A stretch of DNA of 64,000 nucleotides from an uncultured Gammaproteobacteria bacterium (GCA_964547855.1 CAZJPG010000002.1:41797-105796); one strand, 5' to 3'. Shown: positions 20,783-30,582, counted from the stretch's first letter. A program made the numbers and translations. The notes: generated by a model not told the origin, from the letters alone.

Positions 20783-22171
20783 TTAACTCTTGAGTAGTCT
20801 TCTTTGGACTGTCATTAGCCCGCCATAGAGCGCCCAAGTGGCCCATTGCAGGGCAGTATTGGCCAGTATATTATCGCCTAAAGCTATTAAGGAGAATGCT
20901 ATGAACATTATTAGGCAAACGAAAGATAATGATTTTAAGCGCGGGCGATTTTCTAGTCTGTATATGGTGAACAATTTTTTGAACAGTGCCAAAGTTAATA
21001 TTAGAAAGACGCCGAGCGAGATCAAGCCACCCTCTAATGTGACCCTTAGATAGTCATCGTGCGCATCGGACGAGCCGGCGTCTGGTCCGCGTTTCTTTAA
21101 TATTAATTCCTTTGATGTGCCAGCTCCATAACCTAAAATAGGTCTTTGGGCAGCATAAGAAAGGCTATCCTTCCACAGCCCAATACGCCAATTTATCGAA
21201 CTTCCTGGGTCGCGCGAAGTAAAAGCCGATATTCTTTGATTGATCGTCTCAATGGAGAAATAGCTAAGGGATAGCAATATCAACGAAATTACGAGAAAGA
21301 CACGATAACGAGTTATGCCGAGTAGGACAACGACCAGCAGAAGCCCAAGCCAGGCGCTGCGGGTGTAGGTGAATCCCAGAGTGACAAGATACATGGCAGC
21401 TAAAATTCCATACGACAGTATCGAGACTTTGCTTTTATTGCTGGCCAAAAACACCAAAAAGCATAAAGTTAGGACCAACAAGAGATAAAAGGCTAATAAA
21501 TTTGGATGGGCGAAAGTACCATAGACTCTGTTATATACGCCCTCCAAAGGTATCGTTAGGCCGGTATGAGTGAAATATTGCCAAATGGCCAACGACGACG
21601 GTATTAGGGCAGAGATGACGAGCGTTTTTATTAGGTTGGCTAAATCTTTGGCATCGGTAATAAGCAATGAAGATGCTATGAAGATCATTAGTATGCTCAA
21701 GAGTCGAGCCAATTCCGTTACGCTGTCGGCCATATTCATCGATATGGGGATAGTTGCGGCCATGGACAAGATGAATAGTATCCATGGTGGCAGCAATTGT
21801 ATCTTGTCGACGTTGGCTAGGTTTTTTATTATGACCAAAAGCGAGAAAGTCATGGTCATGACAGCGAAAGTTCCGGCTAGGTTTATGGATGCGCCCAAGA
21901 TGTTAAAGTTGAGGTTGGTAAAGTAGTCCAGACAAGGTCTTACCAATAATATCAATAGTAATCCAGCCTTTGGTTTCATGAAGGCGACAAGGAAAACACA
22001 ATAAAATATCGCCGCGGCTGCGGAGAGGGTGAAATTTTCTCCAAAAAGTAGTAGAATGGAAAGTAGGAGTATCGATGGCAGAAGAAGCAGTAAAAATAAT
22101 TTTTGATTTTTTTGTTTTTCCATCGTTGATATCGAAAATATCGAAACATTTTTTAGACATTCGTTTTTCAA
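20783..22171 (-). CDS. O-antigen ligase / Wzy-like polysaccharide polymerase family membrane protein
   Basis: About 10 to 12 TM helices, with a periplasmic loop carrying the YTRSAWLGLLLVV motif typical of the O-antigen ligase (Wzy_C) family. The true start may be the internal Met MEKQKNQK. Confidence 0.55.
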   Translation of the reverse strand: MKNECLKNVSIFSISTMEKQKNQKLFLLLLLPSILLLSILLLFGENFTLSAAAAIFYCVFLVAFMKPKAGLLLILLVRPCLDYFTNLNFNILGASINLAGTFAVMTMTFSLLVIIKNLANVDKIQLLPPWILFILSMAATIPISMNMADSVTELARLLSILMIFIASSLLITDAKDLANLIKTLVISALIPSSLAIWQYFTHTGLTIPLEGVYNRVYGTFAHPNLLAFYLLLVLTLCFLVFLASNKSKVSILSYGILAAMYLVTLGFTYTRSAWLGLLLVVVLLGITRYRVFLVISLILLSLSYFSIETINQRISAFTSRDPGSSINWRIGLWKDSLSYAAQRPILGYGAGTSKELILKKRGPDAGSSDAHDDYLRVTLEGGLISLGVFLILTLALFKKLFTIYRLENRPRLKSLSFVCLIMFIAFSLIALGDNILANTALQWATWALYGGLMTVQRRLLKS

Positions 22172-22277
22172 AAGCTTTTTTCGAAGAATTTGCTCGGTCC
22201 GCCTTGGGCGGAAATTCCGAGAAAAACAGAGCGATGTCGAGCCGCTGGAGTGAGACGAGCGTCTTTTGAAAGGCGAA
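22159..22277. repeat. Structured intergenic repeat element, copy B
   Basis: Same core as copies A and C; it shares the cgtcgagccgctggag-t/c-gagacgagc arm with copy C. Own flanking inverted repeat is attcgtttttcaaaag and cttttgaaaggcgaat. Confidence 0.7.
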
Positions 22278-22331
22278 TGGATAAAAACGGCCTAGTGCTT
22301 TCGTTTATATAGTTAATTTTCCCATATCCCA

Positions 22332-23297
22332 ATGAAAAAAGCAACGATGAAAGACATCGTCTTGGCGGTTACTTACCGCTGCAACTCACGCTGTCGCATG
22401 TGCGGCATCTGGAAGCGTACTGATCATGAAGGGGAGATATCGCCTGATGACCTGCGTCGCTTACCGTCAGAACTAGAGACCTTGAATCTTTCCGGTGGAG
22501 AGCCTTTTTTGCGTGCCGATTTGCCGGAAATGGTTAAAGTCGCTAAGGAGGTTTGTCCTAAAGTGTCGATCACTATATCGTCTAATGGTTTCGCCACTGA
22601 TTTAGTGGTCGAGAAGATGAAGGAAATACTAAAGATCGATAGAAATATCGGTGTGGCCATTTCGATCGATGGAATTGGGGAGAAGCACGAGGAGATCCGA
22701 GGTGTTCCAGGAGGTTTTAACAGGGCCATAGATACGGTCAAAAAATTAAAGGAGATCGGAGTTAAGAAATTGCGCTTAGCTTATACTGCCGCTGATTATA
22801 ATTTTCACGAACTTAAAGGTGTCTATCAATTATCTCGCGAGCTTGGCGTCGAAATGACTTTAGCGGCTGTACATTCCAGTGATAATTTTTTCGGTCAGGA
22901 GAACCCAATGACCGCCAATGAACAGATCGCGGCCCAACTTGATTGGCTAATGGACAAAGAATTGTCGTCTTGGAATCCGAAACGCTGGCTTCGGGCCTAC
23001 TTTACTTACGGCCTATCATATTTTGTTCGCAAGGGTTTGCGCATTTTGCCTGATTACTCCGGAGAGCTTAACTGTTTCATCGATCCGCGCGGCGACATCT
23101 ATCCTTGTGACGTTTCGACGATAGTCATCGGCAATCTTAAAAAAGGATTTGATCTTGTCGACGAGAAGGATTATGTCTGTCAGCATAGCTGGATGATCTG
23201 TACGGCTAGGCAGGCGATAAAGAAACATTGGCAGGAGGCGCTATGGTGGGTGGCAAAGAAAAAAATAGAAACATTTTTTAAGAATATTTTTGCATGA
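22332..23297 (+). CDS. Radical SAM protein with a C-terminal Cys-rich (SPASM/twitch-like) region
   Basis: CNSRCRMCGIW is a CX3CX2C cluster, followed by a GGEP-like SGGEPF motif. C-terminal cysteines occur at CFIDPRGDIYPCDV and CQHSWMIC. Confidence 0.75.
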   Translation: MKKATMKDIVLAVTYRCNSRCRMCGIWKRTDHEGEISPDDLRRLPSELETLNLSGGEPFLRADLPEMVKVAKEVCPKVSITISSNGFATDLVVEKMKEILKIDRNIGVAISIDGIGEKHEEIRGVPGGFNRAIDTVKKLKEIGVKKLRLAYTAADYNFHELKGVYQLSRELGVEMTLAAVHSSDNFFGQENPMTANEQIAAQLDWLMDKELSSWNPKRWLRAYFTYGLSYFVRKGLRILPDYSGELNCFIDPRGDIYPCDVSTIVIGNLKKGFDLVDEKDYVCQHSWMICTARQAIKKHWQEALWWVAKKKIETFFKNIFA

Positions 23298-23301
23298 AGT
23301 T

Positions 23302-23430
23302 TTTTGTCTTTGTCGGCGCGCTTAACTGAAGCAGCCGGGCATGGTTTCGCGCGAAGCGCGAAGAGGCTGCGAAGTTTAGTAGCGAGCCGCCTCGCTGGCG
23401 GCGGCGAGCGGTAGCCGACGAAGACAAAAA
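23302..23430. repeat. GC-rich (about 65%) palindrome-flanked insert between the radical SAM and methyltransferase genes
   Basis: Imperfect 17-bp inverted repeat ttttgtctttgtcggcg and gccgacgaagacaaaaa enclosing cgcgcgaagcgcg-type hairpins. The composition is strikingly unlike the genome. Confidence 0.5.
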
Positions 23431-23445
23431 CGACTTGCTACAAGA

Positions 23446-24168
23446 ATGATAAAAGAATTATTGTTAAAAATAAAAAAATCCAACGATTTTCGTCCGGCCT
23501 GGTATTCCGTTTTTATCAATCCTTATTTCATAGCCAGAAGGGGATTGTTTTTGCCGATCAGGGATTTTGCCAGAGGGCTAAAGAAAAAGGACGTTTTGGA
23601 TGTCGGATGTGGTAGCCGTCCTTATGAGTCGTTGTTCGCTGGTAATGGATATGCGGCGATCGACGTCGAAGGAGGTGGTCACAAGAAAGACGATAAATTA
23701 CCGGACAGATATTTCGATGGCACGAATATTCCTTACGATGACAAATCTTTCGATGCGGTCATTTGCACCGAAGTATTGGAGCACTCGCCGGAGCCGGAAA
23801 GGCTAGTGGCCGAGATTGCTAGAGTATTGGAGCACAAGGGTAAATTCTATGTCAGTGTGCCGTTTGTTTGGTATGAGCACGAGGCACCCTATGATTTTCG
23901 CCGCTTCACCAGCTACGGTCTGAAAAAATTGTTGGACGATAAATTCGTGGTGGAAAAAATAGAGCCGACATCCGGCGTGTTCGGTTGCTTAGCTCAAATA
24001 TTGTCAGCTTTCATTATTGAAAATTTTAGGCCAAAGAATTCGATAACTTACCCCTTGCTCTCTGCTGTGGTGTGTGCCCCAATCATGATCTTGGCCATTG
24101 TTTTGGATAAACTTGTCGGGCGTCGCTATATATCTTTGGGCTGGACAGCGACTTGCAGAAAGAAATAA
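23446..24168 (+). CDS. Class I SAM-dependent methyltransferase with a C-terminal TM helix
   Basis: Motif I VLDVGCGSRPY and post-I acidic DVEG are visible, followed by the hydrophobic tail LLSAVVCAPIMILAIVL. Confidence 0.75.
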   Translation: MIKELLLKIKKSNDFRPAWYSVFINPYFIARRGLFLPIRDFARGLKKKDVLDVGCGSRPYESLFAGNGYAAIDVEGGGHKKDDKLPDRYFDGTNIPYDDKSFDAVICTEVLEHSPEPERLVAEIARVLEHKGKFYVSVPFVWYEHEAPYDFRRFTSYGLKKLLDDKFVVEKIEPTSGVFGCLAQILSAFIIENFRPKNSITYPLLSAVVCAPIMILAIVLDKLVGRRYISLGWTATCRKK

Positions 24169-24171
24169 TAA

Positions 24172-24309
24172 GTCTGTCAGAATTTGTTTTTAAAAGCTTT
24201 TTTCGAAGAATTTGCTCGGTCCGCCTTGGGCGGAAATTCTGAGAAAAACAGAGCGACGTCGAGCCGCTGGAGCGAGACGAGCGTCTTTTAAAAGTAAATT
24301 CTGACAGAC
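24172..24309. repeat. Structured intergenic repeat element, copy C
   Basis: Core is near-identical to copy B. Own flanking inverted repeat is gtctgtcagaatttgtttttaaaag and cttttaaaagtaaattctgacagac. Confidence 0.75.
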
Positions 24310-24340
24310 AAAAGCCAGATTTGTTTGTAATGACAAAAAG

Positions 24341-25576
24341 TTGAATCAAATGAGAATCCTTTTAATCAACAACTATCATTATCTTCGCGGCGGCAGTGAG
24401 CGCGCTTATTTTGATACAGCCAGAGTTCTGGAAAGTCGCGGACATAAAGTGGCCTTCTTTTCGACTATCGACAAGAGGAATATCCCTACTCCTTGGTCGA
24501 AGTATTTCGTTTCCGATATCGACCTATCGGCTAATTTAGGTTTTACCAACAAGGCCAAGGCTTTTATAAAACTATTCGCTAATCCGGAAGCTGACAAAAA
24601 ACTAAAGGCCTTAATAGCCGAATTCAAGCCGGACGTGGCGCACTTGCATAATATCTATCGTCATATCTCGCCTTCGGTGGTAAAGGTCTTAAAGAATGCT
24701 GGCGTGCCCATGGTCATGACTTTGCATGATTATAAATTAATATCGCCGAATCGCAATTTATTGGTGCGCGGTAAGATATGGGAGGCGAGTCGTCCTTTTA
24801 GATTTTATAAATGTTTTACTGACCGCTGTATCGACAATTCTTTTTCAAAAAGTCTAGTCGCCAGTATCGAGAGCTATTGGCATCATTTTATGAACAGTTA
24901 TGGCGACATTAATTTTTTTATATCGCCTAGTGTTTTTTTAATGAAGAAGTTCCATGAATATGGATTCAATGGCAAGATATTCTATCTTCCTAATCCGATA
25001 TTTCCCGATGATATGTTTGGTGTGCATCCTAAGGTTGGGAAATACATCCTTTATTACGGGCGCTTAAGCGAAGAAAAAGGTGTCTTAGATTTGCTTAAGG
25101 CCTATTCTGATTCTAAGATCGACGTGGATTTGCATTTCGTCGGCGACGGGCCTTTAAAAGAAGAGCTTAAAAAGAAGGCCAAGCGCCTAGGCAATCGAGT
25201 TAAATTTTTTAGCCGCATGGAAGGTGAGGATCTTTGGGGTGAGGTCAGGGGCGCGGAATTAGTAGCCATACCATCGCTTTGGTATGAGAATGCCCCTTAT
25301 ACCGTATTGGAACCGATGGCGCTTGGTCGTCCGGTGTTGGCCTCTGACATAGGTGGTTTCAAAGAAATGATCAGAAAAGGAGAGAATGGATTTTTATTTA
25401 ACGCTGGTGACATAGACGATCTGTCGAATAAATTGAAAGAGATATTAGACATGGGCGATAAACTTATTAAAATAGGGGAGCGAGCCGCTAAAGATGTGAA
25501 ACATAGCAATTCTCCCAAGGGATATTATGAATATCTTTTGGATATTTATTTCAAAGCTTCAAGAGATAAAAAATAG
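24341..25576 (+). CDS. Glycosyltransferase family 4 (GT-B, retaining type)
   Basis: The GT4 C-terminal domain carries the E-x7-E region (YENAPYTVLEPMALGRPVLASDIGG) and the GRLSEEKG motif. Confidence 0.85.
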   Translation: MNQMRILLINNYHYLRGGSERAYFDTARVLESRGHKVAFFSTIDKRNIPTPWSKYFVSDIDLSANLGFTNKAKAFIKLFANPEADKKLKALIAEFKPDVAHLHNIYRHISPSVVKVLKNAGVPMVMTLHDYKLISPNRNLLVRGKIWEASRPFRFYKCFTDRCIDNSFSKSLVASIESYWHHFMNSYGDINFFISPSVFLMKKFHEYGFNGKIFYLPNPIFPDDMFGVHPKVGKYILYYGRLSEEKGVLDLLKAYSDSKIDVDLHFVGDGPLKEELKKKAKRLGNRVKFFSRMEGEDLWGEVRGAELVAIPSLWYENAPYTVLEPMALGRPVLASDIGGFKEMIRKGENGFLFNAGDIDDLSNKLKEILDMGDKLIKIGERAAKDVKHSNSPKGYYEYLLDIYFKASRDKK

Positions 25577-25680
25577 TTTTTTGATCAAATAAGCGTATTT
25601 AATGAATATCGGTGTAATATATGACCGATATTTTTGTTTTATAAAAAGGGGTAATTAAAGCCTTAGTGAGGTCTTTAGTA

Positions 25681-25709
25681 TTGACATTTTTTATAAAATA
25701 TGCTATCAT
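25681..25709 (+). promoter_or_regulatory. Sigma70-like promoter
   Basis: TTGACA, spacer ttttttataaaatatgc (17 nt), then TATCAT. Confidence 0.45.
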
Positions 25710-25790
25710 AAGATGATGACTGATGCACTGGGAATTCGAATTATATTTTTATATTAATATAAGCCAAATATTTGTAAGCTAAATACTATT

Positions 25791-27068
25791 ATGAAGAAGA
25801 TTGTTATCATCACTGTTTTGCTTTCCTTGGTCGGTACCGTGATTTTTGTCGGTAGCCAGGCCAAAGGTAAGGTAAAACCTTATTATTCCGGTGAGGCCGC
25901 CAGTTTTAATGGCAAGGTCTATGTCGGAACGGTCAATAGCGGCAGCTTTGAGCTTTTCGCTTTAGAGAACGGTAATTTATACCGCAAGACCTCTATTCAA
26001 TCGCAGGATCGCGAAAGCAAAGAATTCGCCGACTTGCTTTTCTGGAAAGAAGGCGGAAAACTTTACGTCTTTTTGACCAATGGTCGTTATTTGTATAAAT
26101 ACGATATTTCCAACCCTGTCGTCCCTAAAGAAGTTGCCAAGATCAAGGATAATTCTTGGGATTGGTTCCTACGTTTAGATGTTAAGGATGGAAAGCTCGT
26201 CACTATTGGTTCCAAAGGTATGAAAGTTTGGAACAACGAGATGATCGTGGTCGATTCCTATAATATGATCGATAACTACGATCTTGGATCGGCTTCTTTC
26301 TCTGAAAAAGGCGATTTGGCCATTAACATGCAGAATGACAAGGTTAAAGTATATAACACTGCCACTCGCAAGGAAGTTGCTGAATATTCCATCGCCACTA
26401 ACGACAGCAAAGCAGTTCGCTCTGCGGTCGGTACTAGCGACGAAGGCCTAGTTTATTTAGTTGATGACAAATCTTTTAAGGCCATTGGCTTAGATGGTGA
26501 GGTCAAGAAAGAATTCAAACATATTTCCAATGCTGGTTATGATGTTGCTGATTCTGTCAATCCTGATTATATATATTTCACTGATGGCATGGGAGTGGTC
26601 AAAGTTGACAGAGACACTTTCAAGCCTACTAAGTGGGCCTACGCTTACGCTGATACCCCGACCGGTTCTTGGTCTATGGGTCTTAAAGTCGTTCCAGATG
26701 GAGCTAGCGAGAAAGTCGTCGTCTTCAACGGATCGAATATCTGGGTCTTAGATAACAATCTTAACACTGTCGCTTATTACGAATCAAAAGAAGAGGACTA
26801 TCGTCCTATCGAAGACCTTTCTTTAGGAATCGACAAGAACTTTGCCGCTCCTGGCACTCAAGTTTCTTTGGTCGGACAGGGTTATGGCATCGGCGAGGAT
26901 GTTAAGATCGAATTCGCCGGCGTCAAACAGACCGTCGTTCAGGCTGATGTCAATGGTCGCTTCAAGGCCATCTTGACCGTCCCGAGCGTTTTGCCTGGTG
27001 GAGCCGATATTAAGGCCACGGGTCAGTCCACTAAGAGGACTTATAGCATCGCTTTCAAGATTCAATAA
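25791..27068 (+). CDS. Secreted beta-propeller-like protein with a C-terminal Ig-like domain
   Basis: Signal peptide MKKIVIITVLLSLVGTVIFVGSQA, followed by repetitive beta-strand blocks. It lies between the two GT4 genes. Confidence 0.55.
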   Translation: MKKIVIITVLLSLVGTVIFVGSQAKGKVKPYYSGEAASFNGKVYVGTVNSGSFELFALENGNLYRKTSIQSQDRESKEFADLLFWKEGGKLYVFLTNGRYLYKYDISNPVVPKEVAKIKDNSWDWFLRLDVKDGKLVTIGSKGMKVWNNEMIVVDSYNMIDNYDLGSASFSEKGDLAINMQNDKVKVYNTATRKEVAEYSIATNDSKAVRSAVGTSDEGLVYLVDDKSFKAIGLDGEVKKEFKHISNAGYDVADSVNPDYIYFTDGMGVVKVDRDTFKPTKWAYAYADTPTGSWSMGLKVVPDGASEKVVVFNGSNIWVLDNNLNTVAYYESKEEDYRPIEDLSLGIDKNFAAPGTQVSLVGQGYGIGEDVKIEFAGVKQTVVQADVNGRFKAILTVPSVLPGGADIKATGQSTKRTYSIAFKIQ

Positions 27069-27135
27069 TAATTGGATTCTTATATACCCTTCGTCTGTGA
27101 ATCATAGGCGAAGGGGAATAAGAAGCTGATAAATT

Positions 27136-28314
27136 ATGAAAATAGCTTTCATAGGACAAAAAGGAATACCATCCAAATCTGGAGGCGTGGAAAGACACGT
27201 CGAGGATTTGTCTGTGCGCTTAGCATCCCTTGGCCACGAGGTTTTGGTATATACCAGACCGAATTATACCGACCAGAAGATGGTCGAGTACAAGGGGGTT
27301 AAGTTGATTTCCTTGCCCAGTTTAGCGACTAAGCATTTCGATGCCATCACTCACACCTTTAGAGCTTGTCTGGATGTTGTTAAGAGAGATGTTGATTTGG
27401 TCCACTTCCATTCGATCGGACCTTCTTCGTTGATTTGGTTGGTCAAGCTTCTTAAGCCTTCTGTGCCGGTTATCGCTACTTTCCATTGTCAGGATTATTA
27501 CCATCAAAAGTGGGGTATTCTTGCCAGGACATATTTAAAGCTTGGTGAGGCTATGGCTTGCAAGATGTCCGATAGGACCATAACTGTTTCCAAGACCTTA
27601 AAGGATCATGCTGCTCGTAAACATAAGATTTCCGCTGATTACATACCTAACGGCGTCGAAATGCCGGAGGGCGACATGTCTGATAAGGGCGTTAAATACT
27701 TTGGTCTTAAAAAGAATGGTTACATTCTAGCTGTGAGTCGTATCGTTAAGCACAAGGGATTACAATATTTAGTCGAAGCCTTTAAAAATGTTAAGACCGA
27801 TAAGAAATTGGTCATAGTCGGTGGCGGAGCCTATACCGACAAATTCGTTGACCGTCTTAAAGAGATGGCTAAAGACGATAAGAGGATAATTTTCACTGGC
27901 CCGCAATCGGGCACGGTGGTGAGCGAACTTTTCGCCAACTCCTATTTATTCGTCCAGCCGTCCGAGTCTGAAGGCATGTCCATCGCACTCTTGGAAGCGA
28001 TGTCTCATGGCAAGACTACTTTGGTCTCCGATATTCCGGAGAATAAGGAAGTTATAGGTTATACTGGTTTCACCTTCCGTTCTAAGTGTCCGGCTGATTT
28101 GATGGGTAAGCTGAATTGCTTGCTTCGCAATCCTAAGATAGTCAGCGATATGGGCCAGTTGGAAAAGAAACGAGTCAGTCAAGAATATAATTGGGGAACT
28201 ACTGTTGACAAGATCGTCAAGTTGTACGACAATGCCCTGTCCGTTAAGAAACAGGAACGTAGAGCTTTAAAAAAGCTGAGATTCGCCCAGAAATTCTTAA
28301 ATCTATTCTTTTAA
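27136..28314 (+). CDS. Glycosyltransferase family 4
   Basis: GT4 E-x7-E region SESEGMSIALLEAMSHGKTTLVSDI. Confidence 0.85.
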   Translation: MKIAFIGQKGIPSKSGGVERHVEDLSVRLASLGHEVLVYTRPNYTDQKMVEYKGVKLISLPSLATKHFDAITHTFRACLDVVKRDVDLVHFHSIGPSSLIWLVKLLKPSVPVIATFHCQDYYHQKWGILARTYLKLGEAMACKMSDRTITVSKTLKDHAARKHKISADYIPNGVEMPEGDMSDKGVKYFGLKKNGYILAVSRIVKHKGLQYLVEAFKNVKTDKKLVIVGGGAYTDKFVDRLKEMAKDDKRIIFTGPQSGTVVSELFANSYLFVQPSESEGMSIALLEAMSHGKTTLVSDIPENKEVIGYTGFTFRSKCPADLMGKLNCLLRNPKIVSDMGQLEKKRVSQEYNWGTTVDKIVKLYDNALSVKKQERRALKKLRFAQKFLNLFF

Positions 28315-28491
28315 AAGGTTTTTAACCTAAGATAAGCCTGTAATCCTTTTTCGCCTTTAGGCGTTAAAGGAGTATGGGCCGGGCACACCAACCCCCGAAA
28401 GGGGCAATTGGTATCTCCGGTTCATATCACCCTAGTGGGTGGAGTGAAAAAAAGTCCTTTACACATATTTTTTTTCGAAGGGAGGCCTTAA

Positions 28492-29793
28492 ATGGCTAAG
28501 CTCAATGGTTTGCTTGCAGTTGTGGGCGCCTCCATCCTCATGATGGCGGTTGGTTGTGCTGAGAATAATCCTCTTGCTGTTCGCGAGGTTGGTTCTGGTG
28601 ATGATGGTGGTATTTCAATCGTAGCACTGGCCAAAACAACAGCAGTCGGAGATACTTCGACCGATTCGATCGGTCGCGGCACGACAGCGATGTGTTCAGC
28701 GGAAATAGCCAGAAAGAGTCTGGCGGACAGTATTCTGTCCTCGCGCTGGGATTTCGGCGATGGTAGCAGCTATAACTGCTCCAATGATTCCGGGATATGC
28801 TCAGTCGAGCATCAGTACAACACGCTGGGCGTTTACACGATCAGTTTGGTAGTTGTCCTTAAGGGCAATAAAATACTGACACCCTGGAGAAGGATCGTAG
28901 TCGTCGAGACTTCGAATTTGACTCCGGTCACAAGTAATCAGGATTCGATGTTGATGTACGGATCGAGCTCGCAGATCGGAAATACCGGTCACTGGGATGT
29001 TAATTTCCTGGTCGGTGTAAACTCGATCTCTGCGGCGGCGGTTCGTGCGAATATTTCCGTTTTACGTTTATTCCGTGAGGGCGGGCGCGACAATGAGTGG
29101 AGTCAGAAGATCGCTATCGTTTCAAAGACGAGCGATGGAAAATTCTATCTGTTCACCATTCAGGATCTTGTTCCCGGACGTGACTATCGTTTTCGGTTCG
29201 GTATGGACATTAACGATCCGTCAAACACTATTCTGAACAGTACGGAATTTATCCGCAACAAGTTCTATAGTGTCGAATATGACGTTTTCGAATTCTCACT
29301 CAATTATAATGGACAAGCAGTCCCGAAGACAAAAGATTACGGCACGGTCGTTACGCCGGTCGATACCAGCGACACCACAAAGGTGACGCCGGAAGATACG
29401 ACCAAACCCACGCTCATCGGACAGTTCGGTGACACCAGCCAGACTGACTGGATCATCAGAAAAGAATATGTCGTGGCCAGATCCTCGTATATCTTCTATT
29501 TCAATTATCGTCCAAGTAAGGATCCGATCGGACAGGTCGCGCAAGCAGCCTTCGTTGTGGCCAACATGCATCCAACTGTCAACAGCGGGAAAGAATCGCT
29601 GACTATGATGGGTGATACCGTTGGTTATATCGAGATTCCGGTTGATGAATTTCCGGACGAAGGACTTCGGTTCTATCAGTACGGAAGGGGAACGGCCTAT
29701 CGTAATTTCTCCGGCTCGCTTTGTGCGATGACCGACGGAAGCGTTTGGCTCACAGCCAACATTGCCACACTTTCGAAAAAGGCAGTCCGGTAA
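28492..29793 (+). CDS. Lipoprotein with a PKD domain, sitting in a GC-richer patch
   Basis: Signal with a lipobox-like LMMAVGC. The PKD signature WDFGDGSSYNCSNDSGICSVEHQYNTLGVYTISLVV is present. Confidence 0.6.
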   Translation: MAKLNGLLAVVGASILMMAVGCAENNPLAVREVGSGDDGGISIVALAKTTAVGDTSTDSIGRGTTAMCSAEIARKSLADSILSSRWDFGDGSSYNCSNDSGICSVEHQYNTLGVYTISLVVVLKGNKILTPWRRIVVVETSNLTPVTSNQDSMLMYGSSSQIGNTGHWDVNFLVGVNSISAAAVRANISVLRLFREGGRDNEWSQKIAIVSKTSDGKFYLFTIQDLVPGRDYRFRFGMDINDPSNTILNSTEFIRNKFYSVEYDVFEFSLNYNGQAVPKTKDYGTVVTPVDTSDTTKVTPEDTTKPTLIGQFGDTSQTDWIIRKEYVVARSSYIFYFNYRPSKDPIGQVAQAAFVVANMHPTVNSGKESLTMMGDTVGYIEIPVDEFPDEGLRFYQYGRGTAYRNFSGSLCAMTDGSVWLTANIATLSKKAVR

Positions 29794-29884
29794 AATATAT
29801 CGGCAGCCTGAAAACTTAGGGGTCTTTGAGGATATCGCAAGATATCTTTCAAGGGCCCTTTTTTTATTGTTTTTAAATTTTATA

Positions 29885-29913
29885 TTGACTTATTTGGCAT
29901 AAATTGGTAATAT
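29885..29913 (+). promoter_or_regulatory. Sigma70-like promoter
   Basis: TTGACT, 17 nt, then TAATAT. Confidence 0.45.
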
Positions 29914-30006
29914 CATTATCCCTATAAGAGGGGCTGCCCGAAAGGGCAAGAGTTCATTTTTTAAAGCGTAAAAACAACAATCATCCTAAAAAAAGGAGGA
30001 CGATGA

Positions 30007-30483
30007 ATGAGATTCAGGAGAATTTCCCTGTTCGTCGGCGTCGCGTTGTTGTGTTCGTTGCCACTGGCGTTATCTTGCTCGGATAATTCAGCGACCGGAC
30101 CAGGCGACTACAGCAGAGATGAAATGTTCAAGGTCGAATTCAAATCATGGTCTATTGCTGGCTATGCCAACATCGAACTATTTTTTCTGGTAGAGGCTTT
30201 TGGCCAAGGATCGAATCCTTTTGCCATGGGGCCCGTTCATTGGGAGTCAGTAGTGCTACTGGAGAAATGTTATAAGACTAGCGATGGAAAATATTACATA
30301 TTCTCCGAAACCGTGGAAGCTAATAAGCTAAAGACGGTTTCCGCTGGCTGGGATTGGAATGGGAATGTAAATAATTCCACATTTCTGACTGGTGAGGATA
30401 TGGTCGGTAATCGATATTTTAATCCCAAGACGGATAATTTCGGTTTTAAAGTATCCTCAAATGGATACATCCAAACACCTTAG
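30007..30483 (+). CDS. Small lipoprotein (158 aa)
   Basis: Signal peptide plus lipobox LALSCSDN, with an AAAGGAGGA RBS. Confidence 0.5.
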   Translation: MRFRRISLFVGVALLCSLPLALSCSDNSATGPGDYSRDEMFKVEFKSWSIAGYANIELFFLVEAFGQGSNPFAMGPVHWESVVLLEKCYKTSDGKYYIFSETVEANKLKTVSAGWDWNGNVNNSTFLTGEDMVGNRYFNPKTDNFGFKVSSNGYIQTP

Positions 30484-30502
30484 TTGATCTATATGGTCAA
30501 AG

Positions 30503-30537
30503 TCCGCACGAAGATGTTACGCGTGCGGATTTTTTAT
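30503..30537 (+). terminator. Rho-independent terminator
   Basis: tccgcacg, loop aagatgttacg, cgtgcgga, then ttttttat. Confidence 0.65.
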
Positions 30538-30582
30538 TTGGTCGTTGTTTACAAAATCTATTTTTATTGATAATTTAAACCT

